Assembly: GCA_040285855.1 (NCBI GenBank)
Contig: JAUFOQ010000018.1
Location: forward strand, 310,001-374,000
DNA: 64,000 nucleotides
Direction of reading: 5' to 3'
DNA from: Eukaryota sp. GEM-RC1
Taxonomy: Eukaryota
The notes below the pieces were generated by a model. That model worked only from the letters and a program-made list of their open reading frames with translations, was not told the origin of the DNA and did no database searches. Positions 38,350 to 51,391 of this stretch are shown in pieces. Position numbers and translations under genes: made by a program. The first letter of the stretch is position 1, and each line of letters starts with the position of its first letter.

Positions 38350-39290
38350 CAAAATCATTTATTAAAATATTTTGAAAGTTTAGATTTTACAGTCCGACTA
38401 AGCTCGGCTAAGGAAAAAAATCCAGCTTTCGCTAATTTTTTAATTGATTTAAAGGAGAGTTCTGCTGTGGCATTAATTAATCAAATTCCACAAGTATATG
38501 GTTTGTTATTAAATGATCATCAATAGACCACTACAATGAGACTTCGTTGTTATTTATGGCCATATAATTTGCCAAATGATCTTCAATGTAGCTGTGGAAA
38601 ACAATTAACGTTTTCTCATCTGTTAAGTTGTAATCGCTACATAACTTATCGAACGTGTATGCATGATGCTGTAAGAGATCAAATACATGCTATGTGTAAG
38701 TCTTACAAAATTGAGTCATTTGTTGAACCACTTTTAAGATCTTTAGAACCAAGTAATAATTGTAATGTCGAAAAACAGAACCAATTTTTTGGTAAACGGA
38801 GAGCAGATGTTGTTGTCCCTTCTTCTTCAGACAAATTGTTTGTTGTTGATGTAGTGTCAGTGGATGTTTGTAAAAAGACATCTTTAAAGAACGCTTCGTC
38901 TGAAACTTCTCCTTTAGACATTTCTGAACAGGCCAAACAGGATAAGTACAGAAAACCATTGATGGCTTTAAAACATGTAAAACATGTTGAGTACGAATTA
39001 TGCCCTTTTGCCGTTTCAATTTACGGACGTTTAGGAAAAAGTGCATTGAATTTTTTAAATGATTTCGGAAAAATCGTAAAAAATATGATGAACAAACGTT
39101 TTGATCATACATTATGGTTGAATCGGATCGTTTTTACTGTTTTTAAAACAGTTCCCCTAATCATCTCCAAAGCTTTATTAGCAGTGAGTGCCTTTTATGA
39201 GGACAAAGCTGTTGTAAGGTTTGATAGCGAAGGGTGTTGTTTTAATGACATCAAATTTTAGTTGTTTGATTTATTACGTTTATAATAAAC
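38350..39290 (+). mobile_element. 5'-truncated CRE retrotransposon with intact CCHC-RLE ORF
   Basis: ORF 38536..39261 has RRADVVVP, VVDVVSVDVC, EQAKQDKY and PFAVSIYGRLG. Confidence 0.9.
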
Positions 39291-39640
39291 TCTAGTACAG
39301 TAAAAAAAATTTACTGCTCTTTTGATCTCCGTCTTATAAACATTTAGAAAATACCCAAAATTACTTGCAACTATGGTCGCACATAACGTGACTTTCACAA
39401 TTCTGAATAGGTATCGAATCTTTTTGTTAAAATAGGGCCGACTGAAGTTTCTAATAAGTGAAAACCTGAAACACTCTGTGGGATTGTTAACTGTGATACC
39501 TGTTTGATCAAACATGAAGATCGTTCGAACACTGTGTCAATACTGCATTGATTTTAGAAAGTCTATCATTCATTCATTCAAACCACTACACTGAGAAAGC
39601 ACTATTATCTCCATACTTAATACATCGTCTCCATTAGCTA

Positions 39641-40219
39641 CACTAATCATGGTAATTAGTCTGTATTGGAAATTAGTCTCACATGGTATTTAGTCTCACT
39701 CAGACTAATTCCCATGTTGTAACACTTTAAACTGAAACTCGATTGGAAATTAGTCTCACTTTTTGTGATAAAATACCTATGAAATAGAACAACATCCGAC
39801 AAGTACAAATACTGAACCAGATATATATTTCTTCTACTTTCCTATGAATAGCATCTCCGCTGATACGTGTGTTTACAAGTCAGGAAATTGAGCCAGGACG
39901 TCGTTTTGTCAATAATGAGCAAGTTCTAGCACATCCTTCTGGTTGGTATATCCATGCTCATATGATTTTTGTGGGAGAAAATCAATCAGAAGTACCGAAC
40001 GCATGTTTATCTACTCTATTGGTCATAATGAATGACAACAATTTTGTTTGGAGGTGAGACTAATTTCCAACAATGATAATTAGTCTGAGTGAGACTATTT
40101 TTCTAACATGCTAATTAGTCTCACATGCTAAATAGTCTGAGTGAGACTAATTACCATGTGGAGCCTTTGGACATTGACATATGAATTAGTCTGAGTGAGA
40201 CTAATTACCATGATTAGTG
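39641..40219. mobile_element. Tc1/mariner-type MITE (579 bp)
   Basis: 22-bp perfect TIR CACTAATCATGGTAATTAGTCT. TA TSD at 39639-40 and 40220-21. Many AATTAGTCTCAC repeats. Confidence 0.88.
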
Positions 40220-43200
40220 TAATTAGTACTTTTCCTACCACTAAAAAGTACAGTACTGTTATCAAATTATTACTACTATGGTAAACGGTGAATACAGAAC
40301 AAAAATTTTTCATTGATATGTATGTTTCCGTGAAACGTAAATCATTATAAAACATTACCACTTGAGAACTACTTGAAAGTGTTACATTACGATCTCTAGC
40401 AAACAACGGCATTTTAGAAAGCTTATCGAGTCCAACAATACTCTGAATAGTCAGTTTTTCCAATCGAAATAGCAATGACGTTTCCTCTTCAGAAATAGAG
40501 CTCAAGTTAGAAGACAAAAGGGAGAGAAGAGATTGAAATCTTTGACGGGCATTAAAAATATGTTTAAAGTTTTTAAAACTACCTTTACTTTTAGAAATGT
40601 TCTTGCCAATTGAGAAAACACTTTTCATTTTTATCAGTACAACATACAAGTAAGTAGTCATTTTGGGATTATTAACCTGAGGAGAGTCATCAACAGACTG
40701 ACAAACCCCACTAAATACCTTAAAACTGTCAAGTAACGATTCAGATCGAACTAATAACGCTTCATTTTCCAATTCAAAAACAATACTCAAAATACAGAAA
40801 TCAACAATAGAAAGATTTCTACCCCCAGGAAGTACAAAATCCAAAGGCTCAAAAGTATTAAAATCATTGAGAAATTTCAATTTACTTTCCATTGGTAGAG
40901 CTAGAATCAACGAGTAAAGCCCAATCCCAAAAAGACTAGCAATAGCTAACCTTCTACTTTTACAAGGGTGACCCAGATTAATGAGCCCTTTGGTGTCGCT
41001 GATTGGATCTGATTGATTGACAATAAACGTGACGAAACTATCATAGTTCAAATTAGACGATGTCTGAAGAAGGAAATCTGAATCTTCTCTTAATTTTGGA
41101 CAGTCCATTGTTTCTACTCGGAACTTATTACTATCAAACTGTGGTAAAACTGGATGCCTGTTGTTAGAATCAAAGAAAAGAAGTTCTCCAGGACGACTTC
41201 TTAAAGGAGGAATGACGTCATCAAGATTCTCCACTTGCCTATTTTGGGGAATCAAACCTAATTGATTGACTTGAGCCACTGTGAAGAATCTACAAGTTGA
41301 AGGTAGTAAACATTGTTTTGCAACAAGATAACGATCTGAACATTCAACAGTAGAAGAAAAGGGAAAGTTGATTACCTTTGGAGTCGTAACCAGTTCTAAA
41401 TCATTTAGAATAGGCTCAGTTGAGTTTACGATTGAAAGGAAATATCGATGAGAAACGTCATCATTTGATTGAAGAGCATTTCTAAGCTTGGCAGCATTGC
41501 GGTGATCAAACTCTTCAGGAAAACATGCTTTGAACTTCCAGTCGGAAAGTAACTTTTGTAATAAAAGTTGACCAGTGTGGTTACCTCTAAGAAAGACAAA
41601 ACCACAGTTAGATTCATACAACCACAGAATATCTCGGACATTAATATCTTTAATAAATTGGTAACTGCAATATAACACCATTACCACTTTAAAAGTAGAT
41701 TTACCAGACTCATCAACTAAGTTTTTCCAATTTCTGCCGCTTGAGTTGGTTGTAGTTGATAGTAAACCGTCAACCTCACAATCCCAAATCATATAGGAAA
41801 TTCCCAATATATTCAATAATCCTGTCCAAATTGCCATTTCATTTCTTGGAGTTTCCTTAGTCATTACCAGTAGAACTTGTGGTAAAACATCTGAATCTAC
41901 CCCTTCAACAAAAATATTCAACTCTTTTTTAAAAAGAGGAATATTTTGAAATAGAACAGTGAAGAGAGGTGAAAAAGTTGAGTGCAAAGAAGTAGAAGTA
42001 GAGATCAATAGATTGACATTAAAGGAAACTGCCTTTTTCGATGGTATAGGGTCAACAAGGTAGAATCCATTTTGGTCTTGTGTTAGATGTAGTACCACGT
42101 CATCAGCTGCAATAGAGCTCACAGTGATTGAGCTGTTCTCACTGAGAGAGAACTGAAGCTGACGTGATTCTCTATCAATATCGTTTAGAACTTTAAAAGA
42201 GATCATGATAGTTTCTCCTGGTGAGACAGTAGAAGTATTAAGAAAGTCAATCACTTTGAGTGATGGAATCAAATTGATTGATTTAAAATGTCCATCAAGA
42301 GGCTTTGAAGGTTTGTACCTGTTGCATCTTTGATAGCTTTCACTACCAGGAGCTAAATGACGATGACTCAGAACACACGTGTTTTTTAGACTAATATCTA
42401 ACTGACAATATAGAGTTTCAGGAATGAAGAGTTCTAAAGGTGTGAAATCTTTACTGTGGTTAAAACTAACTTGGATTGTTTCATTTAAAGTAATAGTTTC
42501 CAAGGCTGGAATTTCAGGTAAGTATATAGAATCACTATCAGAATTGATTGAAAAATGAGTTGATTCCGACTGACAAACTGATAGAACTGCTCCTTTGGGA
42601 AGAAGCATGTCTTTAGAAATATTTGAAATTTTAAAATTTGAAAGAGTCAAAACGTCATCAGGACAACAATCATTCGATTCAGATAAAATTTCAAATGATT
42701 CAATAACCATACAAAACTTGTCGTAAAACACAGCTCCTTCATCAAGAACAAACGCTAATGAACCAACATTACCTGGTTCAGATACTTCTGGAGGTAAACC
42801 GTCTTGATCCCATTGATCACCAGGTAAAACATTGGGTACAACATGGACAAAGTTCTCTAGACAATCTGTCTTCAAGATAATTACCCCACCATTGCCACCC
42901 TTACCTCCTTTCCCTCCATCTCCACCTTCACAGTTAACTAGAATTACTTCATTAGGTTTTAGTTGAATGACAGTGTCAATAGCTTCAGTCAATTTGAGTG
43001 TGTTATTTCCAGTACATTCAATTCGTAGTTTTAATCCTTTGCCATTACCTCCATTGTTACCTCCTACTCCTGGTCGTCCTTGATCTCCTCTAGCTGTGAT
43101 GACGTGACCGTAGGATGAGGAGGTATAAGCTGATGCAACTAATTGAAAGGCTTGTTCAAATGATGGTTGAGAGACTTCAACACTAGCAGTATTGAGTAAT

Positions 43201-43662
43201 TTCGTCGGTTTTAAAACGTCAACTTTCTGATGTCCGTGTTCAAAAAACCCATTGCACTTTGAACTAACTTGACACGTGGCACTTTCAGAAGGAGTCAAAA
43301 GCAATGATTTGAGACGGGAGAAGCCAGTATAACCAGCAACAAGAAAGAGGTGAAGATGAGTGACATCTTTGAAAACAAGAACCTTACTGGAAACAGCTTC
43401 CTTGTATTGAACGGAGAGGGGAGAGTGTGGCAGAATGGAGAAGCAGAATCCTGAAGAATGTAAGTTACACTGTTCACATTCGGAGGAGTTGTGATTTTGA
43501 ATCTAGAATGTTGTTACGGGAAAGATCAACAACACCAGAGTTGAACATTGTGGATGTTGAGTTGAAGACATACAGGTAATGATAGTCGTTAACGGCAAAG
43601 CATTTGGCAGGAGATTTGCCAGACACTTGAGAAATGAAAGTGATTTGCTGGCTTTTTGACAT
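40128..43662 (-). CDS. Large uncharacterised protein: N-terminal PH-like domain, Gly-rich GGxGG segments, beta-rich domains
   Basis: The 1058-aa frame is open upstream to ~43500 and joins 43474..43662 by one extra base. PH-like pattern LYVF...GVVDL...FCFSI...VLVFKD. True 3' end uncertain. Confidence 0.65.
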
Positions 43663-43710
43663 TGTGATTAAGGAAGATCAATCTAGAATCTGGAATTCTC
43701 TGTTCTTGTA

Positions 43711-44284
43711 CTGTCAACTACCGAATAGAGCCCCAGAGATAAGGGGCTCTAAAACAGAGCCCTACTGAATAGAGCCCTTAATTAAAAACACATCACTAAT
43801 TTAAATTTAAGATATTAAAACTAATAAATCGCTCCATTTAAAAAAAATGACTAGACGAGTCCACATCAATTTTTTTTACCATGACTCCAAGATCTCATCG
43901 TTCAAGAGCAGGAATTTCACATCACCAACCCCGTCTTTCAGAACACAGACGTTCTCCAGCGAAATGATTGTTGGGTTTAAACAAAAGATACTTATTGAGC
44001 TAAAAGTGAAAAAGGTGAAAGCTACTATGCTCTTAGAACCACTGAATATAATTGCTGAAGACGTTCTAGCTTAATTTATCTGTAACTCATAAACTTGACC
44101 TATAAAATCACCGAACAATCATTGTTAATTTAATCAAAAGTGAGCTTAAAAACTACTGAATAGAGCCCTCAGTTATAGCGGCTCTAAAACAGAGCCATAC
44201 CGATTAGAGCCCTACCGATTAGAGCCCATATGTAATTTTTTGTGGCTCTAAATTAGAGCCCGGGCTCTATTCAGTAGTTGACAG
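43711..44284. mobile_element. Tc1/mariner-type MITE (574 bp)
   Basis: 23-bp TIR CTGTCAACTAC(C/T)GAATAGAGCCC. TA TSD. AGAGCCC subterminal repeats. Confidence 0.88.
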
Positions 44285-44464
44285 TATATGTACTGCTGAT
44301 ATCAATGAAGAAAACTTGGAAGATTAATCTTAAGTTTATACATGTGAACAAAATGCAGTTGTCTTGGTTGAGGAACGTCAAAAGAATTAGAATTGTTACA
44401 AGAAACAACCAACTCCATCAACCAAAAAAGACACTATTTACAAACACCTAAACCCCCAAATTAA

Positions 44465-45765
44465 TCAAACTGGTGGATCAATCATGTAACTAATTCTCCC
44501 CCCTATAACATCCTTCAAAAGCTCCTGTCCAGCTCTATGTACATTCGGTCTACCCCCTTTACTTATATAGCCCTTCCTTACAGCAAGATCCTGCAGAACA
44601 GAGAAAGGACAATGCTCCTGTTCCAAGTCTAACCCTAACTGCTCCTTAAATCCTTTGCAATGCTCCCACAGAAACCTTAATGAAGTATAGAATTCACGTG
44701 TTCTTGCCAAGGGAATAACACCTGAGATTATCTGAAGAGCCCTATAAGTTGTTCTTACTGGAAAAACAATACCAGGCGAATCAATTAACAGAATATTTCT
44801 AGAACCCTCCTCTTTTTTTAAATAATATGTTTGTAAATGTTTAGTTGTTCCCGGTGTTCCCTTTGTTTTAGTTACTTTCTGTCCTATTATCCTGTTAAAT
44901 ATAGATGACTTCCCTACAGAAGGCTGACCTACTACAGTTACTCTAATCTCCTCGGTATCATCAACCTCCATGGCCTCTACAAAAGCAATAAACCTCGACA
45001 GTTCATCTACAACTTCCTTCTCTACGTCAGCTCTTGACTGAGAAGCTCTCTTTGTGGAGCACCAAAGAGAAAGACATCGAGACATGAATGGAAATGTTGT
45101 AAAAAGTAGCTCCTCCAAACATTAATATGAGCTTCAGTAACAAGATCACACTTGTTTAAAACAACAAAGAATTGTTTCCCAAGATGTTGTGTAATATAAT
45201 TGACAAGAGAGATCGGTAGGTAAGCCAGGGGACACCTAGCATCAACTACAATACCAATCACGTGACCTTTTTCAGTGGATCTCCAGAACTGACGATAAGC
45301 TTCCAGGTTGCTCTCAAAGAAGGACATGTGGTTGAAAGTTAATCGGTCACCTTCAACAGCTGAGGCAAGGGAAACAAGCCAGTGGACGAAGGAGGACTCT
45401 TCCTTTGCATGGAGTTGTTCTTTTGATGTTTTGTGAGTCCAAGAAGGTCGAAGAGGGAGATTGGGACAGAATTCAGGATCAAGGAATAGATTGAGATGAG
45501 GGAAAGGAGTAACAGTGTTTGAGAGAGGTCGTTGGGCGTCAAGTTTAGCTTGCTCTACTTCAGCTAGAGATTCAGGGAGGAAAACTCTGACAAATCCTGC
45601 AGCACGTCCAGCATCTGTTACTGATGAAGATAGTTGATCTACTGTCAAATGATGTGTTGAAGGAGCAGAGGGGTCATCTTCTTGTTGCTTACGTACACGC
45701 CTGTCGAGTAGTTGTTGGCGTTTTTGTTTTGAGGAAAATGGCTTTTTTCGATGGCCATTTGGCAT
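44465..45765 (-). CDS. GNL1: GNL1/HSR1-like circularly permuted GTPase (one -1 frame break near 45101-05)
   Basis: N-terminal RKKPFSSKQK; FESNLE; DARCP; NKCD (G4) before GQPSVGKSS (G1), TPGTT and DSPG. Confidence 0.88.
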
Positions 45766-46508
45766 GTGAATAGTTGGTCAGAAGATTGTTTGATTCCTTC
45801 TACTCTCTTTACTTCTAGTTGTAGTTGTAGCATTATTAGAGATTATCGGACATTATGCTGGGTTCGGCTCATGGTGTAGCAATCATACAGTGAATGATCA
45901 GATTACGTTTGTAATACAATACAAAAAGTATTGATCCATTTTATGAACAATTACTTTGACGATATCTTGAAGAGTTTGTTTGGTGGTGGAGAAGGTTATG
46001 TGATGGGGTAGGTTTATCTGTCTATTGTATTTTTTAGTGTAAGTTTATAGCATTGAACACCTTTTTCAAATGTATTGATCCTTATTTAAATCAAACATGG
46101 TCTACGCCAAAATATAATAACAATGATTTCAGAATATCTAGCAATGCAATGAACAAAACCAATTTTCACAAAGTCCAAACAATGAAGGAAGAATTACTGT
46201 AATAGTAGATCAAAAGGAGAAAATGAAGACCAAAAGTAAAAATATACGAAACACTAGACAAGATAATTCCTGATTCAAAACAACACAATTCTAATTCTTA
46301 TACAAATACTTAGTCATAATTGATTTGATCAATTTGGAGATCAATTGGAATATGGAAAGAATGAAATTGTTGTACCAATTGAACACGTCCAACTTCAATA
46401 ATATTCGTAGTAATCTTTGTATGTATTAGAACAACTCGCACTGTGTTAATTATTCTTATTATCAAGCAAAAAGATCTAAATACACATTTATATACAAAAA
46501 AAGACAAA

Positions 46509-47173
46509 TCACAAAGTTCGATTTTGTAAAAACAGTTGTCGATTTAGCTCAGCTTGTTCCATGCGAAGCTCCAACAATTTCTTCTGTTTGGCTAACTCAT
46601 TCTGCCTCCACTGAAGAATCTTGTTCATTTTCTTGGTTTCGTTACTTGCAGTCTGTTTTCTAATGGAAATGAACGCATTCCTTCGATTTTCGGCTTCTTG
46701 CATTTTTGTGATGACTTTCTCCAACAAACACTGACGTGATGGTCTTTTAGAAGCAGCTATCTCAACACGCGTCAAGAACCTTCTGGCTTTCTCCTGTCTA
46801 GCAGACAAAAGTCCATTCTTTTGATTGCAGCGGCTTCCTGCCGATCTCTCCAAAGAGTTACTGGTGATGGAACAATGGGGTTCACATGGGCTTTGGCCTT
46901 GACAGTATTCAGGTGTTCCTGTTTGCGCTGAGCTGCATTAGCTTGTTTAGTGGTAGTTTTGACATCAATTTCAACTAACTTTGTCTGAAATAAAGAATTT
47001 CGTCGGACACGAGCATCTTGAACTCGTTGAAAATTCCGAGAAGCTTTGCGTTTCACATCAAGAAGGTACTGTTGACGATTTAGCTCAGCTCGTTCCATTC
47101 TATTCTTGATATCGAGAAGGGTTACGGATTTGGGGATAGACACTTGAAGCAGAATATGAATCATAGCAATACA
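46509..47173 (-). CDS. Basic coiled-coil protein with repeated (M)ExAExNR motifs; start uncertain
   Basis: Two overlapping ORFs join at an A-run (46819-22) as AAAIKKNGLLSARQEK. Confidence 0.55.
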
Positions 47174-49269
47174 CATTGAGAGGATTATAAGAAAGAATAA
47201 TCTCTCCAGGTATAAATATAGTGACAAGCTGACATGAGTGACGAGTTTCAATTCAGAATTGACAATCATCAAACTTGAAGAACTTTCACCACAACATCAC
47301 TGCATGTACCATGCTCTCAAGTCACTCCAAAACGATACAACTTTAAGTCAGGACGTATGTTCCATTTAATCTGCTTAGCTTTAACAAAAAAATGTCTTGT
47401 GACCAGAGTTCCTGTCCTTTTCCACGTAATTTCCAAGACTTTGTGACGTAAATGTAATTCTTCGTTGTAGGTTCTACAATTTCATGCTGTATTCTATATT
47501 CACTGAGTTTCAGTGGGCCAAAATTGCTGCCAGTAATCATTTTTGATAGAGGACACTTTTGAATGTTTAAATCCATTAAAATTCACTACACTTAAGAGGA
47601 TAAGCTCCGTCTATCTCATTTAACAATACTTCCAATTCAATTTGAATGTTATAAAGTATTAGGATTACCTTTTTCATATTGTTCTGGAATTAGCAACATC
47701 ATATTAATGGTAAAAGGTATTCGTTGTCTTAGTAGTGGCATTGTTACAATCAACAATCAGATATATCAACGAGAAATAAATCTTGATATTTGAAGTCCAC
47801 TTATACTCACAATTCCCAACGAACTTTTTAAGGAATTACATTCAAAATATGTTCAGAATACATACACGCCTCTGTTATTTTCTTTTTTATGACTTCCATT
47901 AAGGAAATTACATATTACAGGATGAGTCACACGGACAATGAATCTGCCACACCGTGTGTTTAAACTTCATTTTAATTATCTAACAACATTATCAATGACT
48001 GTATTTGTTACTATATCCGTCCCGTACTCAATTGCTTCATTGTACCATTGTTGTAGAAACAAGTGGCTTCAATGTTCCAAAGTACTGTCTAAAAGTAAAA
48101 GTTGTAAAAACAATCAAGGCAATCGTCCGTAATCTAGAAAAGATATTAGATTACAACCACTCACAATACGTGAGTGGATGTATTAGTGATTTATTTATCA
48201 AACTGTTGTTTAAATCAAATTTCATATGCTACCATTCTAAATACACTTCTAGTTAACCCCGTTTGTCAGCTGATTTCCAGCTGTCCTGTCAAAGTGTGAA
48301 TTGAGTCACAAATTAATCCATCAGTAATTCTGAATAAAAACTGAAAGAATATCATAAAAAAGTCAGGATTGTACAATTTATCTAGTCTTCATTGAAAAAC
48401 AGGTTTCAGTTACAATTATATTGTATACATGCCCAAAAACTCTAACACAGTTAAGATACGACTACAAGTACAATTTAATGATCAAGAAATTTAATTGTAT
48501 TATTTCTGTTGCATTTTTACTTTATGATACTAGATACTGAATCTAAAAAAAGCTACAAATGTCACGTAACTTTGTTGTGCGCTTATTGTTTTAAACAATT
48601 GAATTGGAAGAAAATTATAAACAAAATTATTTTATTGAAGAAAAGTTCTCATTTCATTCGTGTTTCTTCTGTATTTTACTTGTCATTGCTTTTCAAACTG
48701 TGTTTCAATGAGATACAAAAACCCATCAAAATTACTGAAGCTAAGTATAGATTAGAAGGGATTGATCCATCACCAGTACAATTCAAAAGTAAATTACTTT
48801 ATCGAAGGACCAACGAGAAACCATCGAACTAAGTCTTCAAGAGTGTCTTGGAAATCCTCGAATAATGGTTCAACTATTGAAAGGGTTCAAAGATGCTTGG
48901 AACAAAGAGATTGATTTCGATTTAGTAGAACTAACATCCTCTCAGTGTTATTGTGGTATACGAGTTAGAATTCCTAAAGTAATTCCTCAAACTTCTGACG
49001 CGTCTGTCCATCTTTTGCTCAGTGCTGTAATTTGCGGAGACCAACTCGAAGAAGCAGAAGGTTCTAATAATATTATGTTAGCTCCATGGGTATTGCCTCC
49101 TAGAAAGACTAAACGGACTACTGGTGACTTTTTTACTTTGACTCATTATTGTCATGCTTTGGTGCCTTCCAGTACCTTTAGCAATTTCCACACAACCATT
49201 GGACGACTGTACTATTTACTGAGGTCTGAAAAAGCTAACTAAAATAATTAACTGAATAAATATTCGTAA

Positions 49270-49336
49270 TAAATGATTGGTGATGAATGTCATCTCATTG
49301 TTATACAATGAGATGACATCCATCACCAATCATTTA
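49270..49336. repeat. Near-perfect palindrome (32-bp arms, 1 mismatch, 3-nt loop)
   Basis: TAAATGATTGGTGATGAATGTCATCTCATTGT-TAT-ACAATGAGATGACATCCATCACCAATCATTTA. Confidence 0.9.
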
Positions 49337-49830
49337 GTTTGAACCATAGTTTCATTCATTGTATAAAATCAAAGCGAATGATCGTAAAAAATTTAAGATG
49401 AGCTTTTAAAAAGAAATCTACTTTAAAAAAAAAAGAATCAACAGATCATGAACATAAAAAACATGATTTTCAAAGAAAACTTGATGAATGATAATGGAGA
49501 CAGTTACATGATGGAAATTACTTCCATCATTAATAAATACATAGAACATATGACCACCAGTAGCATCAACACCTAGAGATAGAGCACCATCAATGGGGAG
49601 GAGATACCTGTTGACTTGTGATGTCAATGTTTCAGTGACAGGTCAGGACTCATAAGGAAGTTCTATTTCTATTTTGAGAAAACAACATTTCCCTACTCAT
49701 TGGTTTGAAAACCTATAGAGTTCGAAATGAGTCTCTTCGTTGTTCCCAAATGGAAACCATACACCCACCTTTTTCTTCACCTGTTTCCTTCACCAGCACT
49801 GTGTTCAATCAGTTTATCCCTCTTTCCAAC

Positions 49831-49880
49831 TTCCTCGTCCCCTTGCTTCTCTAAAAAGAGAGAAGCAAGGGGACAAGGAA
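49831..49880. repeat. GC-rich inverted repeat (22-bp stem, 1 mismatch, 6-nt loop)
   Basis: TTCCTCGTCCCCTTGCTTCTCT-AAAAAG-AGAGAAGCAAGGGGACAAGGAA. Confidence 0.85.
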
Positions 49881-51391
49881 TCCTCTAGACTTCTTGAGAT
49901 TTCTCACCAGCTCTATTCTGTTCTTTCATCTTCAATTTCTCGTCTCTTCAAGGAGTAGGTGTAGCTCTTATTGCGGAAGCTCCTGGTCTGCACGAAAGAA
50001 AGTTGTAGCTGAGGTTGCACGTAGAATGAATAACCAATTACAAGGGTCATTTTCTTTCTTGCATGTCGATGCTACTACTACCAACACTTTTAGCATTGTT
50101 ATTGGGTTCTTATGTCGGAGTTATATTGGGCAAAAACACTTCGGAAAAGATTATGATTATTCAATGATTATTTATATTACTGTGTGGTTCAATTGAAGTT
50201 AGATTCTCAATACAATCAAGGTACTGTTCCTGTTGATATTCTTCAATTATTTGGAATTTGCTTAAAAATTGGAAATTGGGGTGATGAATCTAATCAATCA
50301 ATCATTATTAAAAAATGATTGAACCACTCCCTGATTGTGATTCGCTCTTCAAATGTAGTTACTCTAGTTACTAGAGTGTTTATTTCATTTGATTCCTTTG
50401 TTTGTTGGCTAAAAGAAATTATCAAACTCCTCTGCAAATTAAACTTTAATTCTTCTTGTAAATTCTCCAACAATCAACAAATTCTATGTTCTAGTAATGT
50501 TCATTGCTTACGACCAAAACCAGATATTGGTCAAATTTCTCCTTTTTTAAAAGATTCAACAATTCAGATCTTCTCTCTTATTTGATTAAAATTGTCCATT
50601 CAGAAGTGATTGAAACACTTACTAATGATAATTCTGTCTTTGACGAAATATCTATCTGAGTCATCATCCATGTTTTAAACTGAGATATTTAAATATTATA
50701 GATATTTTTAAATCCTCAAACTATGAAAACCAATTGGGTTAACTTTCGTGTGCATTTGCATGTTCTACAAGTTCTTTCATTAAATATAATATGTCGCCCC
50801 TGTGTCCGGCTCACTTGGTGACGTCATCATCTTCTCACCAAGCTCAAGGATAATTTCTTAGTGTGGGTTTAGTATGAGGGTTAAAAAGGATACTGGCAAA
50901 TGCCAAATACAATTAAGTGACTAAATTTCCAATAAACTAAAGTCAAATCAATGTTTCTCCTGAGCTCTTGCAACTGTACTAGTGTCAAGATCAATGTAAC
51001 AACTTAAACGAACATTGAACTGGTTTTGCAGTCAACTTTAGCCGAAAAAATTACCAGATTAACTGTCAATTTCATCCCACACGCAGACAGTTTGATTCAA
51101 TAGTTAACAATTGGATACTCATCATGGAATTACAACACTGGTGAGATTCAGAATTTTAATGTAACATAATATGTCTTGCACAAGACCTGAAATACATTGG
51201 GTTTTTCCAGAAGGGCACTTTTTTAAAAGTGTCCTGAAGCAACATATTTTTTAAACTATTGTATTTCATCTCTGTTGTACTTTGATATGATGGTTTTATG
51301 CTTTTTCAATGTTGGCAGTGAACAAAACAAAACAGTTTATCAACAATAAAACTCGTGAATAGTATTAGAGTTAACTGGAGTTTTGAAGTCA

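Noticed and set aside
39641..40219. Short repeats with spacers resembling a CRISPR array (also 1996-2075, 19178-19290, 43711-44284)
   Set aside because: Spacing is irregular, both orientations occur, and the repeats lie within TIR/TSD-bounded elements. They are subterminal transposon repeats, and no cas genes are present.
43503..43533. Possible 28/31-nt GT-AG intron fixing the PH-gene frame
   Set aside because: The donor is not GTATG-like and splicing would delete the PH-typical GVVDL strand. A single-base error is more plausible.
45855..45890. GGTTCG-containing tRNA-like stretch
   Set aside because: No cloverleaf or acceptor stem could be built.
48865..49242. 125-aa ORF, possibly a transposase fragment
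   Set aside because: No motif recognised, so left unannotated.
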